Shown in pieces: positions 9,522-20,166 of a DNA stretch of 64,000 bases. The stretch's first letter is position 1, and every line of letters begins with the position of its first letter. This DNA is from Streptococcus parasanguinis. Lineage in GTDB: Bacteria; Bacillota; Bacilli; Lactobacillales; Streptococcaceae. Made by a program: the position numbers and the translations under genes. The DNA is taken from NCBI GenBank assembly GCA_018379295.1, contig JAGZVW010000003.1, positions 6,111 to 70,110 on the forward strand, read 5' to 3'. Under the pieces are notes generated by a model. That model saw nothing but the letters and a program-made list of their open reading frames with translations, did not search any database and was not told the origin of the DNA.

Positions 9522-10388
9522 ATGATATTACAAGCTAAAAACATCAGTAAACGATATGGAAATCATTTAGCCGTAAACAATATTCACTTACAGTTTGAAA
9601 AGGGAACGTTTAATGCGATTCTAGGACCAAATGGGGCGGGGAAATCAACGACGATTTCTATGTTGATCGGTTTGAAACAACCAACGCAAGGCGAGATCAT
9701 CTATGAACCCGGTACTAAAATTGGTGTGGTCTTCCAAACCAGTGTTTTAGATGAGATGCTGACGGTTAGGGAAAATCTGACCATTCGTGCCAGACAGTAC
9801 AAAGGCCTAAAACCAAATCGTGTGTCTGATCTTATTGATCGACTAGGCCTATCAGCTTTCCAAAAGCAGAAATATGGGACGCTTTCAGGCGGCCAAAAGC
9901 GTCGGGTTGACATTGCGCGTGCTCTACTGCACGGTCCAGATCTTCTGTTCTTAGATGAGCCAACGACAGGTTTAGACATTCAAACCCGGAAGTCTATTTG
10001 GGATTTGCTCTATCAATTGCAGAGAGAAGAGGGGATGACCGTTGTATTGACCACGCATTATCTTGACGAAGCAGATGAAGCTGATCAAATTTATATTGTA
10101 GATCATGGGAAAGTGATTGCTCAAGGATCGGCACTAGATATTAAGAGCCAGTATGCTACTAATATCTTAAAGATTCGTTTCAAGGAGAGACAGCAGATAG
10201 AAAGTCTCAAATCTTCGGGAATGTCAGTAGAGCAACAAAGTCAATTGGAGTATGTTCTTCAACCCGATAGTGAAAGGGAAGCCATTGATTACCTGGCGCA
10301 AGTTAGAGATAAAATAGCCCATTTTGAGTTTCGTCCAGGGACTATGGATGATGCCTTTATTGCACTTACAGGAAGGGAGGTTCGCTAA
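9522..10388 (+). CDS. ABC transporter ATP-binding protein
   Basis: Walker A 'GPNGAGKST', signature 'LSGGQKRR', Walker B 'LLFLDEPT'. Confidence 0.9.
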   Translation: MILQAKNISKRYGNHLAVNNIHLQFEKGTFNAILGPNGAGKSTTISMLIGLKQPTQGEIIYEPGTKIGVVFQTSVLDEMLTVRENLTIRARQYKGLKPNRVSDLIDRLGLSAFQKQKYGTLSGGQKRRVDIARALLHGPDLLFLDEPTTGLDIQTRKSIWDLLYQLQREEGMTVVLTTHYLDEADEADQIYIVDHGKVIAQGSALDIKSQYATNILKIRFKERQQIESLKSSGMSVEQQSQLEYVLQPDSEREAIDYLAQVRDKIAHFEFRPGTMDDAFIALTGREVR

Positions 10389-11230
10389 TGCTAGCCTTAC
10401 TAAAGCGAAATTTTTTATTGTATTTTAGGAATCGTTCAGGTGTTTTCTTCTCCTTGTTGGGAGCCTTGATTTCCTTTATTCTCTATATTATTTTTCTTCA
10501 AAAAAATCTAACAGATGCCTGGGCTCAGCTTCCCAATAGTGCTCCTGTGTTAAATAATTGGTTAATGAGTGGGACGCTGGCTGTGACAGGGATTACGACA
10601 AGTCTGGCTGCCCTGACTCAGTTAGTAAAGGACCGTGAACATCAAGTAGATCAGGATCTTTATTTATCGGATCAAGGAAAGTGGCGGTTAGCATTTTCGT
10701 ATCTAACGAGTGCGATCATCATTTCTTTTTCCATGCAGATCCTTATGTATGTGCTGATGTGTGGCTATTTTAGAGAAGTTCCAACCTTATCTCTATTACC
10801 TGAAGTGCTCCTCATTATGCTCCTTAGTAGCCTACTTTCTAGCTTAGTGAATGCCATTTTTGTTTATTTTTTCCAATCCGTAGACAGTCTTGGGAAGTTT
10901 TCGACCATAGTGGGTACAGCTTCTGGTTTTTTGGTAGGGACTTATGTTCCTTTAGGTGTTTTACCCACTTTTGCACAATCACTAATGAAGTGCACTCCAG
11001 CAACATATATTGCTGCACTTTATCGACAAGTCCTCATGAAAGAAGCATTAAGTGAGACCTTTAAAGGTCAAGATAAGCTTCTTCAAGAGTTTCAAGAAAA
11101 AATGGGTGTTCAGCTCAAATGGCAAACTTTATTGACAAAGGAACAAACATACCTTATAGTGTTAGGAGGTATTCTTCTAGCTTTGGGGATTTGGATTTCC
11201 TTGGCAAAAAGATCGAGTAAAAGAAAGTAA
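10388..11230 (+). CDS. ABC-2 type transporter permease
   Basis: ATGCTAG start overlaps the ATPase stop. ~6 TM, 280 aa. Confidence 0.75.
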   Translation: MLALLKRNFLLYFRNRSGVFFSLLGALISFILYIIFLQKNLTDAWAQLPNSAPVLNNWLMSGTLAVTGITTSLAALTQLVKDREHQVDQDLYLSDQGKWRLAFSYLTSAIIISFSMQILMYVLMCGYFREVPTLSLLPEVLLIMLLSSLLSSLVNAIFVYFFQSVDSLGKFSTIVGTASGFLVGTYVPLGVLPTFAQSLMKCTPATYIAALYRQVLMKEALSETFKGQDKLLQEFQEKMGVQLKWQTLLTKEQTYLIVLGGILLALGIWISLAKRSSKRK

Positions 11231-11248
11231 GTGAGAATTGGAGTAGGA

Positions 11249-11704
11249 ATGAAGATTCGTTTTGAGGAAAAACAAGATATCCCAGAAAACGACCCCTGTG
11301 TGGTCATTCAAGCCAAGCAATTATCTGATCAAGCACGAGAGGTGATGGAGTATCTCGAACAATTTTCGACAGTGAATCAAGTAGTGATTCCTATCAAAAC
11401 AGATGATCATTTGATCATGGTAAAAATTGATGACATTATTTTAGCCGAGATTGATAAGAATCAGCTAACCATTTATACGACAGACAAAATGTTCACCGTC
11501 AGAGATACTTTGACAAATTTTCAACATCGGATAAATCGTCGTAATTTTTTACAGATATCCCGCCACGCGGTGATGAATATCGACCATTTGGAATCGCTAT
11601 CGGATAGTTTTTCAGGCAATATGATGGCTAAACTGACACGCGGAGTAAAATCAAGTGTCAGTCGGAAATATGTCAAATCCTTGATGGATTATTTAGGGGT
11701 ATAG
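11249..11704 (+). CDS. LytTR-family DNA-binding protein with no receiver domain
   Basis: RBS GGAGTAGGA precedes ATG 11249. LytTR motif 'LQISRHAVMNIDHLESL'. Confidence 0.75.
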   Translation: MKIRFEEKQDIPENDPCVVIQAKQLSDQAREVMEYLEQFSTVNQVVIPIKTDDHLIMVKIDDIILAEIDKNQLTIYTTDKMFTVRDTLTNFQHRINRRNFLQISRHAVMNIDHLESLSDSFSGNMMAKLTRGVKSSVSRKYVKSLMDYLGV

Positions 11705-11710
11705 GAGAAA

Positions 11711-12127
11711 GTGATGAAACGAGTTATAGCTTATTTTGTATCTGGTATGAGGACAGGTTCCTTCTTTTATTTGTGTTTGGTGTTATTATCCCATCTCTAT
11801 ACCAACATCGTCTATCCCGCTGTAAATGCCCGCAACATCCTGGCGATCTTTTTAATGAGTGGAACAATGGGAGTCTTGACGTTCATTCTTGAGGAAGAAG
11901 AGTTTTTGACCTATAGTTTGCGTGTGGCCTTGCATTTAGTTGTGACAGCTACCATCTTAGCATTGACCTACTTATTTTTTGGCTGGGGGGCAGCCTTACG
12001 GAGCCCGATTCCTTGGTTGATCTTTCTAGCCATTTACGGCCTGATCTGGCTGTACCAGATTTGGCAACTCCATAAAAAAACTCAACGAATCAACCAAGCA
12101 TTGTTGCATCGCAGAAAAGGGAAATAG
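11711..12127 (+). CDS. Small multi-TM membrane protein (DUF3021-like), a frequent partner of stand-alone LytTR regulators
   Basis: 138 aa, 4 TM. It lies immediately downstream of the LytTR gene. Confidence 0.6.
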   Translation: MMKRVIAYFVSGMRTGSFFYLCLVLLSHLYTNIVYPAVNARNILAIFLMSGTMGVLTFILEEEEFLTYSLRVALHLVVTATILALTYLFFGWGAALRSPIPWLIFLAIYGLIWLYQIWQLHKKTQRINQALLHRRKGK

Positions 12128-12149
12128 TCCCAGAAAAAAGTGTATAAGA

Positions 12150-12186
12150 AAACCACGAAGTTCATACCAAACTTCGTGGTTTTACT
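12150..12186. terminator. Bidirectional terminator between the DUF3021 gene and tyrS
   Basis: 'aaaaccacgaagttcataccaaacttcgtggtttt': 12-bp stem. Confidence 0.75.
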
Positions 12187-12189
12187 TTC

Positions 12190-13446
12190 TTAATAAGTCA
12201 AAACAAAGTATTTTTTCTTACCGCGACGGATAACGGTCAATTCATTTTCTAATTTATCGCTATCGCTCAAGACATAGTCAAGGTCTTGGATGCGGTCGCC
12301 GTTGACGTAGATAGCTCCATTTTGAACATCTTCGCGGGCTTGGCGTTTAGAATTGACCACACCAGCTGTGACCAAGAGTTCAACAATGTTGAGGTTGTCT
12401 TCTGCTTGGACCTGGTAGTTTGGCACACCACGAAGGCCTTGTTTGAGTTCTTTAACAGAAAGGTTTTTGATGTTTCCTGCAAAGAGTTGTTCTGTGATGT
12501 TAAGGGCTTCCTTGTAGGCTTCTTCGCCGTGGACAAGGGTAACCACTTCACGTGCCAAGATCTTTTGAGCCAAGCGTTCATGAGGAGCAGCCTCAAACTG
12601 TTTGCGGATCTCTTCGATTTCGTCCAGTGACAAGAAAGTGAAGATCTTCAAGAAGCGCACAGCATCCGCATCCATCACATTCATCCAGAATTGGTACATT
12701 TCGTATGGAGATGTTTTGTCTGCATTGAGCCAGACCGCATTGCCTTCTGATTTACCGAATTTCTTACCAGTTGCATCTGTGATCAAAGGCACAGTCATAA
12801 CATGACCAGTTTTATCTGCTTTACGACGCATCAACTCAGTGCCAGCTGTCATGTTTCCCCATTGGTCAGATCCACCGATTTGAAGGGTTACATTGTGTTC
12901 TTGGTTGAGGACGTAGAAGTCATAGCCTTGCATAATTTGGTAGGCAAACTCTGTGTAAGAAATCCCTGTCTCAATCCGTTTTTTAACAGATTCTTTACTC
13001 ATCATAGCATTGACCGTAAAGTATTTCCCGACATCACGAAGGAAGTCAATAAAGCTAATGCTTCCGAACCAATCGTAGTTGTTGACCATTTCGGCTTTAT
13101 TGTCCCCATTTTCAAAATCGAGGAAACGAGACAATTGTCCTTGAATGGAGCGAACCCATTCTTGTACAGTTTCTTTTGTTTGGAGACTACGTTCAGCATC
13201 TTTGAAGGACGGATCTCCAATGAGACCAGTCGCACCGCCAACGAGCGCATAAGGTTTGTGGCCTGCTAGTTGAAGGCGACGGCTCGTCAAGATGGCAACC
13301 AAGTGACCAAGGTGAAGGCTGTCAGCAGTTGGATCATAACCAGTATAATAAGAAACCTGACCTTCTTCCAGTGCTTTGCGCAAGGCTTCTTCATCCGTCG
13401 TTTGAAATACCAAACCACGCTCTTTTAGCTCATCAAAAATGTGCAT
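12190..13446 (-). CDS. tyrS: Tyrosine--tRNA ligase
   Basis: The ORF is trimmed to '[22 protein letters not shown]...', which matches the TyrS N-terminus. RBS AAGGAGAAAAG upstream. 'HLGH' and 'KFGKS' class-I motifs. Confidence 0.95.
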   Translation of the reverse strand: MHIFDELKERGLVFQTTDEEALRKALEEGQVSYYTGYDPTADSLHLGHLVAILTSRRLQLAGHKPYALVGGATGLIGDPSFKDAERSLQTKETVQEWVRSIQGQLSRFLDFENGDNKAEMVNNYDWFGSISFIDFLRDVGKYFTVNAMMSKESVKKRIETGISYTEFAYQIMQGYDFYVLNQEHNVTLQIGGSDQWGNMTAGTELMRRKADKTGHVMTVPLITDATGKKFGKSEGNAVWLNADKTSPYEMYQFWMNVMDADAVRFLKIFTFLSLDEIEEIRKQFEAAPHERLAQKILAREVVTLVHGEEAYKEALNITEQLFAGNIKNLSVKELKQGLRGVPNYQVQAEDNLNIVELLVTAGVVNSKRQAREDVQNGAIYVNGDRIQDLDYVLSDSDKLENELTVIRRGKKKYFVLTY

Positions 13447-13629
13447 GTGTCTTTTCTCCTTTATAAGTTTATTCATTTCTCTATTCTACCATAAACCACG
13501 GAAATGGCAATGGTTTCCATCATTTTCTTGACCTTACTCAAGAAGATTGAGTGACGATTTCTACGCTCTTGTGATTGAAAACAAAGGGCCTAATCTGCTA
13601 TAATATAGGGAACAAGGAGAAAGAATCAG

Positions 13630-16085
13630 TGAATCAATTAAAAGAGAAGCTGCAAGAATTTTGGACGAAGATTCAAAAATTCTTTGCAAATATGTATACA
13701 GAAACTCCGAATAAGGAAAAAAATGAGGAAAGTAGCTGGTCTGTCGGTGATATTTTTGCGACCTTTTTACGAACCCTCAAACTCTTGTGGGATGTCATGA
13801 TCGCCCTGTTCGTGTGCCTCTTTTTATTTGGCGCAGGGATCGGGATTGGTTATGCGGCGAGCCTCTTTAGTAACGTCAAGGTTCCAAAGACAGAAGAATT
13901 GGTCCAGCAGGTCCGAAACGTCAGCAGTGTTTCAAAACTGACTTATTCCGATAAGAGCTTGATTGCAGAAGTGGACAGTGATTTGATCCGTACGCCAGTA
14001 GCAGGAGACGCCATTTCGGATAATGTCAAGAAGGCTGTGATCGCTACTGAGGATGAGAATTTTGAAAGCCACAAGGGGGTTGTACCTAAAGCCGTTCTTC
14101 GGGCAACACTTGGATCTGTAGCCGGCGTGGGTTCCTCAAGTGGGGGATCAACCCTGACCCAGCAGTTGATCAAACAGCAAGTCGTGGGAGACGCTCCAAC
14201 CTTTACTCGTAAGGCGACAGAGATTGTCGATGCCTTGGCTTTAGAGCGGGGAATGGATAAAAATGAAATCCTAACCACCTACTTAAATGTTTCGCCTTTT
14301 GGACGAAACAATCGGGGACAAAATATTGCGGGTGTGGAAGCTGCAGCTCAAGGAATCTTTGGCGTCTCTGCCAAAGACTTGACCGTTCCACAAGCGGCCT
14401 TTATCGCTGGCTTGCCACAAAGTCCGATTGTCTACTCTCCTTATGCTGCAGACGGTAGCCTAAAGAGCAAGGAAAACCTCGAGTTAGGTTTGGCGCGTGC
14501 CAAAGACGTTTTGTTCAATATGTACCGGACGGGAGCCTTGTCGAAAAAAGACTACGAGACCTATGCTCAGTACGACTTGACCAAAGACTTCATGGCTCCA
14601 GATGGCATCGAGAAAACACCGCATGACTACCTCTACTTCCAAGCCATGGAAGAAGCAAAAGAGGCTATGTATGATTACTTGATCAAGCGAGACAATGTCA
14701 CCAAGCAAGACTTGAAAAATAATGAAACCGTCAAGGCTTACCAAGAATTAGCTGAGAGCGAGTTGCGCGAAGGTGGCTACACCATTCAAACCACGATTAA
14801 CAAACCGGTTCACAATGCGATGCAGGCTGCGGTAGCGAATTTTGGAAGCGTCTTGGATGATGGGACGGGTCTTGTAGAAGTTGGGAATGTCCTTATGGAC
14901 AACCGAACGGGTGCCGTTTTAGGATTTATCGGTGGACGGAATTTTGACGGCAACCAAAACAACCATGCCTTTGATACAGAGCGTTCCCCAGGGTCTACTA
15001 TCAAGCCGCTGTTGGCCTATGGGATTGGCATCGACCAAGGCTTGATGGGAAGCAATAGCATCCTTTCTAACTATCCGACTAATTTCTCAAGTGGTGAGCC
15101 GATCATGCACGTGGATAGCCGAGGAACAGCGATGATGGATCTCCGTGAGGCCCTCAATACCTCATGGAATATTCCAGCTTACTGGACTTACCGGACCCTT
15201 CGTGAAAAGGGTGTGGATGTCCCATCCTACATGAAGAAAATGGGCTATGATATCCCTGAATATGGCATTGAAAGCCTGCCGATGGGGGGAGGAATTGAGG
15301 TCACTGTTGCCCAACATACCAATGGTTTCCAAACCATTGCTAACAATGGGAACTACCTCAAACGCTACATGGTAGAGCAAATCATTGATCGAGATGGAGA
15401 TGTAGTTTACAAGCACGAGGCAGATCCTGTTCGTGTTTACTCTCCAGCAACGGCAACGATTATGCAGGATCTCTTGCGCGGGGTTATTACGTCTGGTGCT
15501 ACAACGACCTTTAAGTCACGGATTAGCCAAGTCAACCCAACGCTGGCAGGTGCAGACTGGATTGGAAAAACCGGTACCACTAACTCAAATGGGGATATGT
15601 GGCTCATGTTGTCCACCCCTAATGTTTCTTTAGGAGGTTGGATCGGCCATGACAACAATGCTTCTATGCAGACCTTGACTGGATACAACAACAATGCCCA
15701 ATACATGGCGCAGTTGGCGAATGCGATCTACCAAGCAGATCCAAGTCTCTTCGGAATTCAGGATAAATTCACTCTCGATAAGAGTGTGATCCGCTCTGAA
15801 GTGCTCAAATCGACTGGTGAAAGACCGGGCCGCGTCAATGTCAATGGTAGGGATATCGATGTGAGCGGTCAAATGGTGACGAGCCTTTGGGCCAAAAACG
15901 GAGCGCCAACCACTCAATACCGCTTTGCCATCGGGGGATCGGATAGCGATTATCAAAGTGCTTGGGCAGCGATTTTCGGTAATTCCAGTGGAAATCAGTC
16001 GAATAATAAGAACAATTCGACAACCAATAGTTCATCCAGCAATAGTTCAAATCGAAACAGCTCAAATCGTGGCAATCGACACTAG
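13630..16085 (+). CDS. pbp1b: Class A penicillin-binding protein 1B (bifunctional glycosyltransferase/transpeptidase) with an Asn/Ser-rich C-terminal tail
   Basis: GTG start after RBS AAGGAGAAAG gives '[11 protein letters not shown]...', parallel to the pneumococcal PBP1b N-terminus. GT51 '[11 protein letters not shown]' and transpeptidase 'STIKP' (SxxK) motifs. Confidence 0.9.
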
Positions 16086-16115
16086 TCTGATCCAGTAGAA
16101 AACCTGGAGAAAGCC

Positions 16116-16144
16116 TTGATTTTTGGAGCAAAAAACGGTATAAT
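16116..16144 (+). promoter_or_regulatory. Near-consensus sigma-A promoter (TTGATT-17-TATAAT) immediately downstream of the pbp1b stop
   Basis: -35 at 16116-16121, -10 at 16139-16144. Confidence 0.5.
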
Positions 16145-16195
16145 AGTGATAACTAATTTGTCGTGTGCTTTATTTGAAATATTGTCCAAATAAGA

Positions 16196-16247
16196 GCTTA
16201 CAGCAGTTAAATCTTACTTGAATAAGTCGATTTAGCTGCTCTTTTTG
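16196..16247 (+). terminator. Hairpin plus T-run. It is either the pbp1b terminator or an attenuator/sRNA 3' end.
   Basis: 'cagcagttaaatc-N15-gatttagctgctcttttt'. Confidence 0.55.
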
Positions 16248-16436
16248 TGCCTATTTTTCAGAAAAATCCTAGTTTGTTACACAAATTTAATTTTTCTAAA
16301 AATTACAAAAAGCGACGAATGAGGTGAAGAGATAGCTCTTCACGTGATGCAAATCACACAATTGTAGTTAAAACCGGATAGGTGGTGAAAGTCATTTTAC
16401 CAAGCTATCCTAGTATGGAAAAAGGAGCTAAAAACT

Positions 16437-19400
16437 TTGGCAGGACATGACGTTCAATACGGGAAACATCGGACCCGTCGTAGTTTTTCAAGAATCAAAG
16501 AGGTTCTTGATTTACCAAACTTGATTGAAATCCAGACAGACTCATTCAAAGATTTCTTGGATCATGGCTTGAAGGAAGTATTTGAAGATGTGCTTCCCAT
16601 CTCAAACTTCACGGATACAATGGAATTGGAATTTGTGGGTTATGAAATCCGCGAACCTAAGTATTCGCTTGAAGAAGCGCGCATCCACGATGCCAGCTAC
16701 TCAGCACCAATCTTTGTGACCTTCCGTTTGGTCAACAAAGAAACAGGTGAAATCAAGACCCAAGAAGTTTTCTTTGGTGATTTCCCAATCATGACGGAGA
16801 TGGGAACTTTCATCATCAATGGTGGAGAACGGATTATCGTATCTCAGTTGGTCCGCTCACCAGGTGTCTACTTCAATGATAAGGTGGACAAGAATGGTAA
16901 GGTAGGTTATGGATCAACTGTTATCCCTAACCGTGGGGCTTGGTTAGAGCTTGAAACTGACTCAAAAGACATTGCTTACACGCGCATCGACCGCACACGT
17001 AAGATTCCATTTACAACTCTTGTGCGTGCTCTTGGATTCTCTGGAGATGATGAAATCATCGATATCTTTGGGGACAGCGAATTGGTTCGCAATACCATTG
17101 AAAAAGATATCCACAAAAATCCAATGGATTCACGGACAGATGAAGCCCTCAAAGAAATCTACGAGCGTCTTCGTCCAGGTGAACCAAAAACAGCGGAAAG
17201 CTCACGTAGCTTGTTGGTAGCCCGTTTCTTTGATCCACGTCGTTATGACTTGGCACCAGTTGGTCGCTACAAGATCAACAAGAAACTCAATATCAAGAAC
17301 CGCTTGTTGAACCAAACAATCGCAGAACCATTGGTAGATGCTGAAACAGGGGAAATCCTTGTAGAAGCTGGTACTGTCATGACGCGCGATGTGATCGACA
17401 GCATCTCAGAACAATTGGATAACGGTTTGAACAAAATCACCTACATTCCAAATGATGCTGCTGTTTTGACAGAACCAGTAGAATTGCAAAAATTCAAAGT
17501 TGTCGCTCCAACAGATCCAGACCGCGTTGTTACCATCATTGGAAATGCCAACCCATCTGACAAAGTACGCATCGTAACTCCAGCTGATATCTTGGCAGAA
17601 ATGAGCTATTTCTTGAACCTTGCAGAAGGCCTTGGCCGCGTGGATGATATCGACCACCTTGGAAACCGTCGGATTCGTGCCGTTGGTGAATTGCTTGCCA
17701 ACCAAGTGCGTCTTGGACTTTCACGGATGGAACGAAACGTTCGCGAACGGATGTCTGTACAAGATAACGACGTCTTGACACCACAACAAATCATCAACAT
17801 CCGCCCAGTAACTGCAGCAATTAAAGAATTCTTTGGATCTTCACAGTTGTCACAGTTCATGGACCAACACAACCCACTTTCTGAGTTGTCTCACAAACGT
17901 CGTTTGTCTGCCTTAGGGCCTGGTGGTTTGACACGTGACCGTGCCGGATATGAAGTGCGTGACGTGCACTATACCCACTATGGTCGTATGTGTCCAATCG
18001 AAACACCTGAAGGACCAAACATCGGTTTGATCAACAACTTGTCATCTTACGGACACTTGAACAAATATGGCTTCATCCAAACGCCATACCGTAAAGTGGA
18101 CCGGGAAAAAGGTGTAGTCACCAACGAAATCGTTTGGTTGACAGCCGATGAAGAAGATGAGTACATCGTCGCTCAGGCTAACTCTAAGTTGAACGAAAAA
18201 GGTGGCTTTGCTGAGCCAATCGTTATGGGACGTCACCGTGGTAACAACCAAGAATTCCCATCTGATCAAGTCGACTACATGGACGTATCTCCAAAACAAG
18301 TAGTTGCCGTTGCGACAGCATGTATTCCTTTCTTGGAAAACGATGACTCCAACCGTGCCCTCATGGGTGCCAACATGCAACGTCAGGCTGTGCCATTGAT
18401 CGATCCAAAAGCCCCTTATGTGGGTACTGGTATGGAATACCAAGCAGCCCATGACTCAGGAGCTGCAGTCATTGCTCAACACGATGGTAAAGTTACTTAT
18501 GCGGATGCGGACAAGGTAGAAGTTCGTCGGGAAGATGGATCTCTTGATGTCTATCACGTCCAAAAATTCCGTCGTTCAAACTCAGGTACTGCTTACAACC
18601 AACGTACCCTTGTAAAAGTTGGCGATGTCGTTGAAAAAGGCGACTTTATCGCTGACGGTCCATCGATGGAAAAAGGGGAAATGGCCCTTGGTCAAAACCC
18701 AATCGTCGCTTACATGACTTGGGAAGGGTATAACTTCGAGGATGCCGTTATCATGAGCGAACGCTTGGTGAAAGAAGATGTCTACACATCTGTTCACTTG
18801 GAAGAATTCGAATCAGAAACACGCGATACCAAGTTAGGCCCTGAAGAAATTACCCGTGAAATTCCAAACGTTGGGGAAGATGCTCTTCGTGACTTGGATG
18901 AAACAGGTATTATCCGTATTGGTGCGGAAGTAAAAGAAGGCGATATCCTTGTCGGTAAGGTAACGCCGAAGGGTGAAAAAGACCTTTCTGCTGAAGAACG
19001 TCTCCTTCACGCGATCTTTGGAGATAAATCTCGTGAAGTGCGGGATACTTCTCTTCGTGTCCCTCACGGTGGAGATGGAGTCGTTCGCGATGTTAAGATC
19101 TTTACGCGTGCAAACGGAGATGAATTACAATCTGGTGTCAACATGTTGGTTCGTGTTTACATCGCACAAAAACGTAAGATCCGCGTCGGAGATAAGATGG
19201 CCGGTCGTCACGGAAACAAAGGGGTTGTGTCTCGTATTGTTCCAGTTGAAGATATGCCTTACCTTCCAGACGGTACACCGGTTGATATCATGTTGAACCC
19301 TCTTGGGGTGCCATCACGTATGAATATTGGTCAGGTTATGGAACTTCACCTTGGTATGGCCGCTCGTAACTTGGGTATCCACATCGCAACACCAGTCTTT

Positions 19401-20006
19401 GACGGAGCAAGCTCAGAAGATCTCTGGGATACTGTGAAAGAAGCTGGTATGGATAGCGATGCCAAGACGATTCTTTACGATGGACGTACAGGTGAGCCGT
19501 TTGACAACCGTGTTTCTGTCGGTGTCATGTACATGATCAAGCTTCACCACATGGTTGATGATAAACTCCATGCCCGTTCAGTTGGACCATACTCAATGGT
19601 TACCCAACAACCACTCGGAGGGAAAGCTCAGTTTGGTGGACAACGTTTCGGGGAAATGGAAGTGTGGGCCCTTGAGGCTTATGGTGCATCAAATGTCCTT
19701 CAAGAAATTTTGACCTACAAGTCAGATGATGTCAACGGACGTTTGAAAGCTTATGAAGCGATTACCAAAGGTAAACCAATTCCAAAACCAGGTGTACCAG
19801 AATCCTTCCGCGTTCTTGTCAAAGAATTGCAATCTCTTGGACTTGACATGCGTGTCTTGGACGAAGATGATCAAGAAGTGGAACTTCGTGACCTCGATGA
19901 AGGGGAAGACGATGATGTGATTCATGTGGATGACCTTGAAAAAGCACGTGAAAAAGCAGCTAAGGAAGCAAAAGCAGCCTTTGATGCTGAAGAATCAGAA
20001 AAATAA
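16437..20006 (+). CDS. rpoB: DNA-directed RNA polymerase subunit beta
   Basis: TTG start after AAGGAG. '[17 protein letters not shown]...' matches streptococcal RpoB. 1189 aa. Confidence 0.98.
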   Translation: MAGHDVQYGKHRTRRSFSRIKEVLDLPNLIEIQTDSFKDFLDHGLKEVFEDVLPISNFTDTMELEFVGYEIREPKYSLEEARIHDASYSAPIFVTFRLVNKETGEIKTQEVFFGDFPIMTEMGTFIINGGERIIVSQLVRSPGVYFNDKVDKNGKVGYGSTVIPNRGAWLELETDSKDIAYTRIDRTRKIPFTTLVRALGFSGDDEIIDIFGDSELVRNTIEKDIHKNPMDSRTDEALKEIYERLRPGEPKTAESSRSLLVARFFDPRRYDLAPVGRYKINKKLNIKNRLLNQTIAEPLVDAETGEILVEAGTVMTRDVIDSISEQLDNGLNKITYIPNDAAVLTEPVELQKFKVVAPTDPDRVVTIIGNANPSDKVRIVTPADILAEMSYFLNLAEGLGRVDDIDHLGNRRIRAVGELLANQVRLGLSRMERNVRERMSVQDNDVLTPQQIINIRPVTAAIKEFFGSSQLSQFMDQHNPLSELSHKRRLSALGPGGLTRDRAGYEVRDVHYTHYGRMCPIETPEGPNIGLINNLSSYGHLNKYGFIQTPYRKVDREKGVVTNEIVWLTADEEDEYIVAQANSKLNEKGGFAEPIVMGRHRGNNQEFPSDQVDYMDVSPKQVVAVATACIPFLENDDSNRALMGANMQRQAVPLIDPKAPYVGTGMEYQAAHDSGAAVIAQHDGKVTYADADKVEVRREDGSLDVYHVQKFRRSNSGTAYNQRTLVKVGDVVEKGDFIADGPSMEKGEMALGQNPIVAYMTWEGYNFEDAVIMSERLVKEDVYTSVHLEEFESETRDTKLGPEEITREIPNVGEDALRDLDETGIIRIGAEVKEGDILVGKVTPKGEKDLSAEERLLHAIFGDKSREVRDTSLRVPHGGDGVVRDVKIFTRANGDELQSGVNMLVRVYIAQKRKIRVGDKMAGRHGNKGVVSRIVPVEDMPYLPDGTPVDIMLNPLGVPSRMNIGQVMELHLGMAARNLGIHIATPVFDGASSEDLWDTVKEAGMDSDAKTILYDGRTGEPFDNRVSVGVMYMIKLHHMVDDKLHARSVGPYSMVTQQPLGGKAQFGGQRFGEMEVWALEAYGASNVLQEILTYKSDDVNGRLKAYEAITKGKPIPKPGVPESFRVLVKELQSLGLDMRVLDEDDQEVELRDLDEGEDDDVIHVDDLEKAREKAAKEAKAAFDAEESEK

Positions 20007-20166
20007 TCAGTAAAAATGATTGTCTTGTGAGAAACCAATGCTTCTGACAGGATGATTCGATAACAAGATACAGACACAAGGCGGTGGCAAGAAAGTTTCC
20101 TTTCTTCCCCCACCTAAGGCTGTATCCAAATGAAACAAGTATGAAAACAAGGAAAGGTAAGAAATA

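Noticed and set aside
13447-13629. T-box riboswitch upstream of tyrS.
   Set aside because: The tyrS-pbp1b divergent intergenic region is only ~180 bp. That is too short for a T-box leader, and no specifier/antiterminator-like 'AGGGUGGNACCGCG' sequence is seen.
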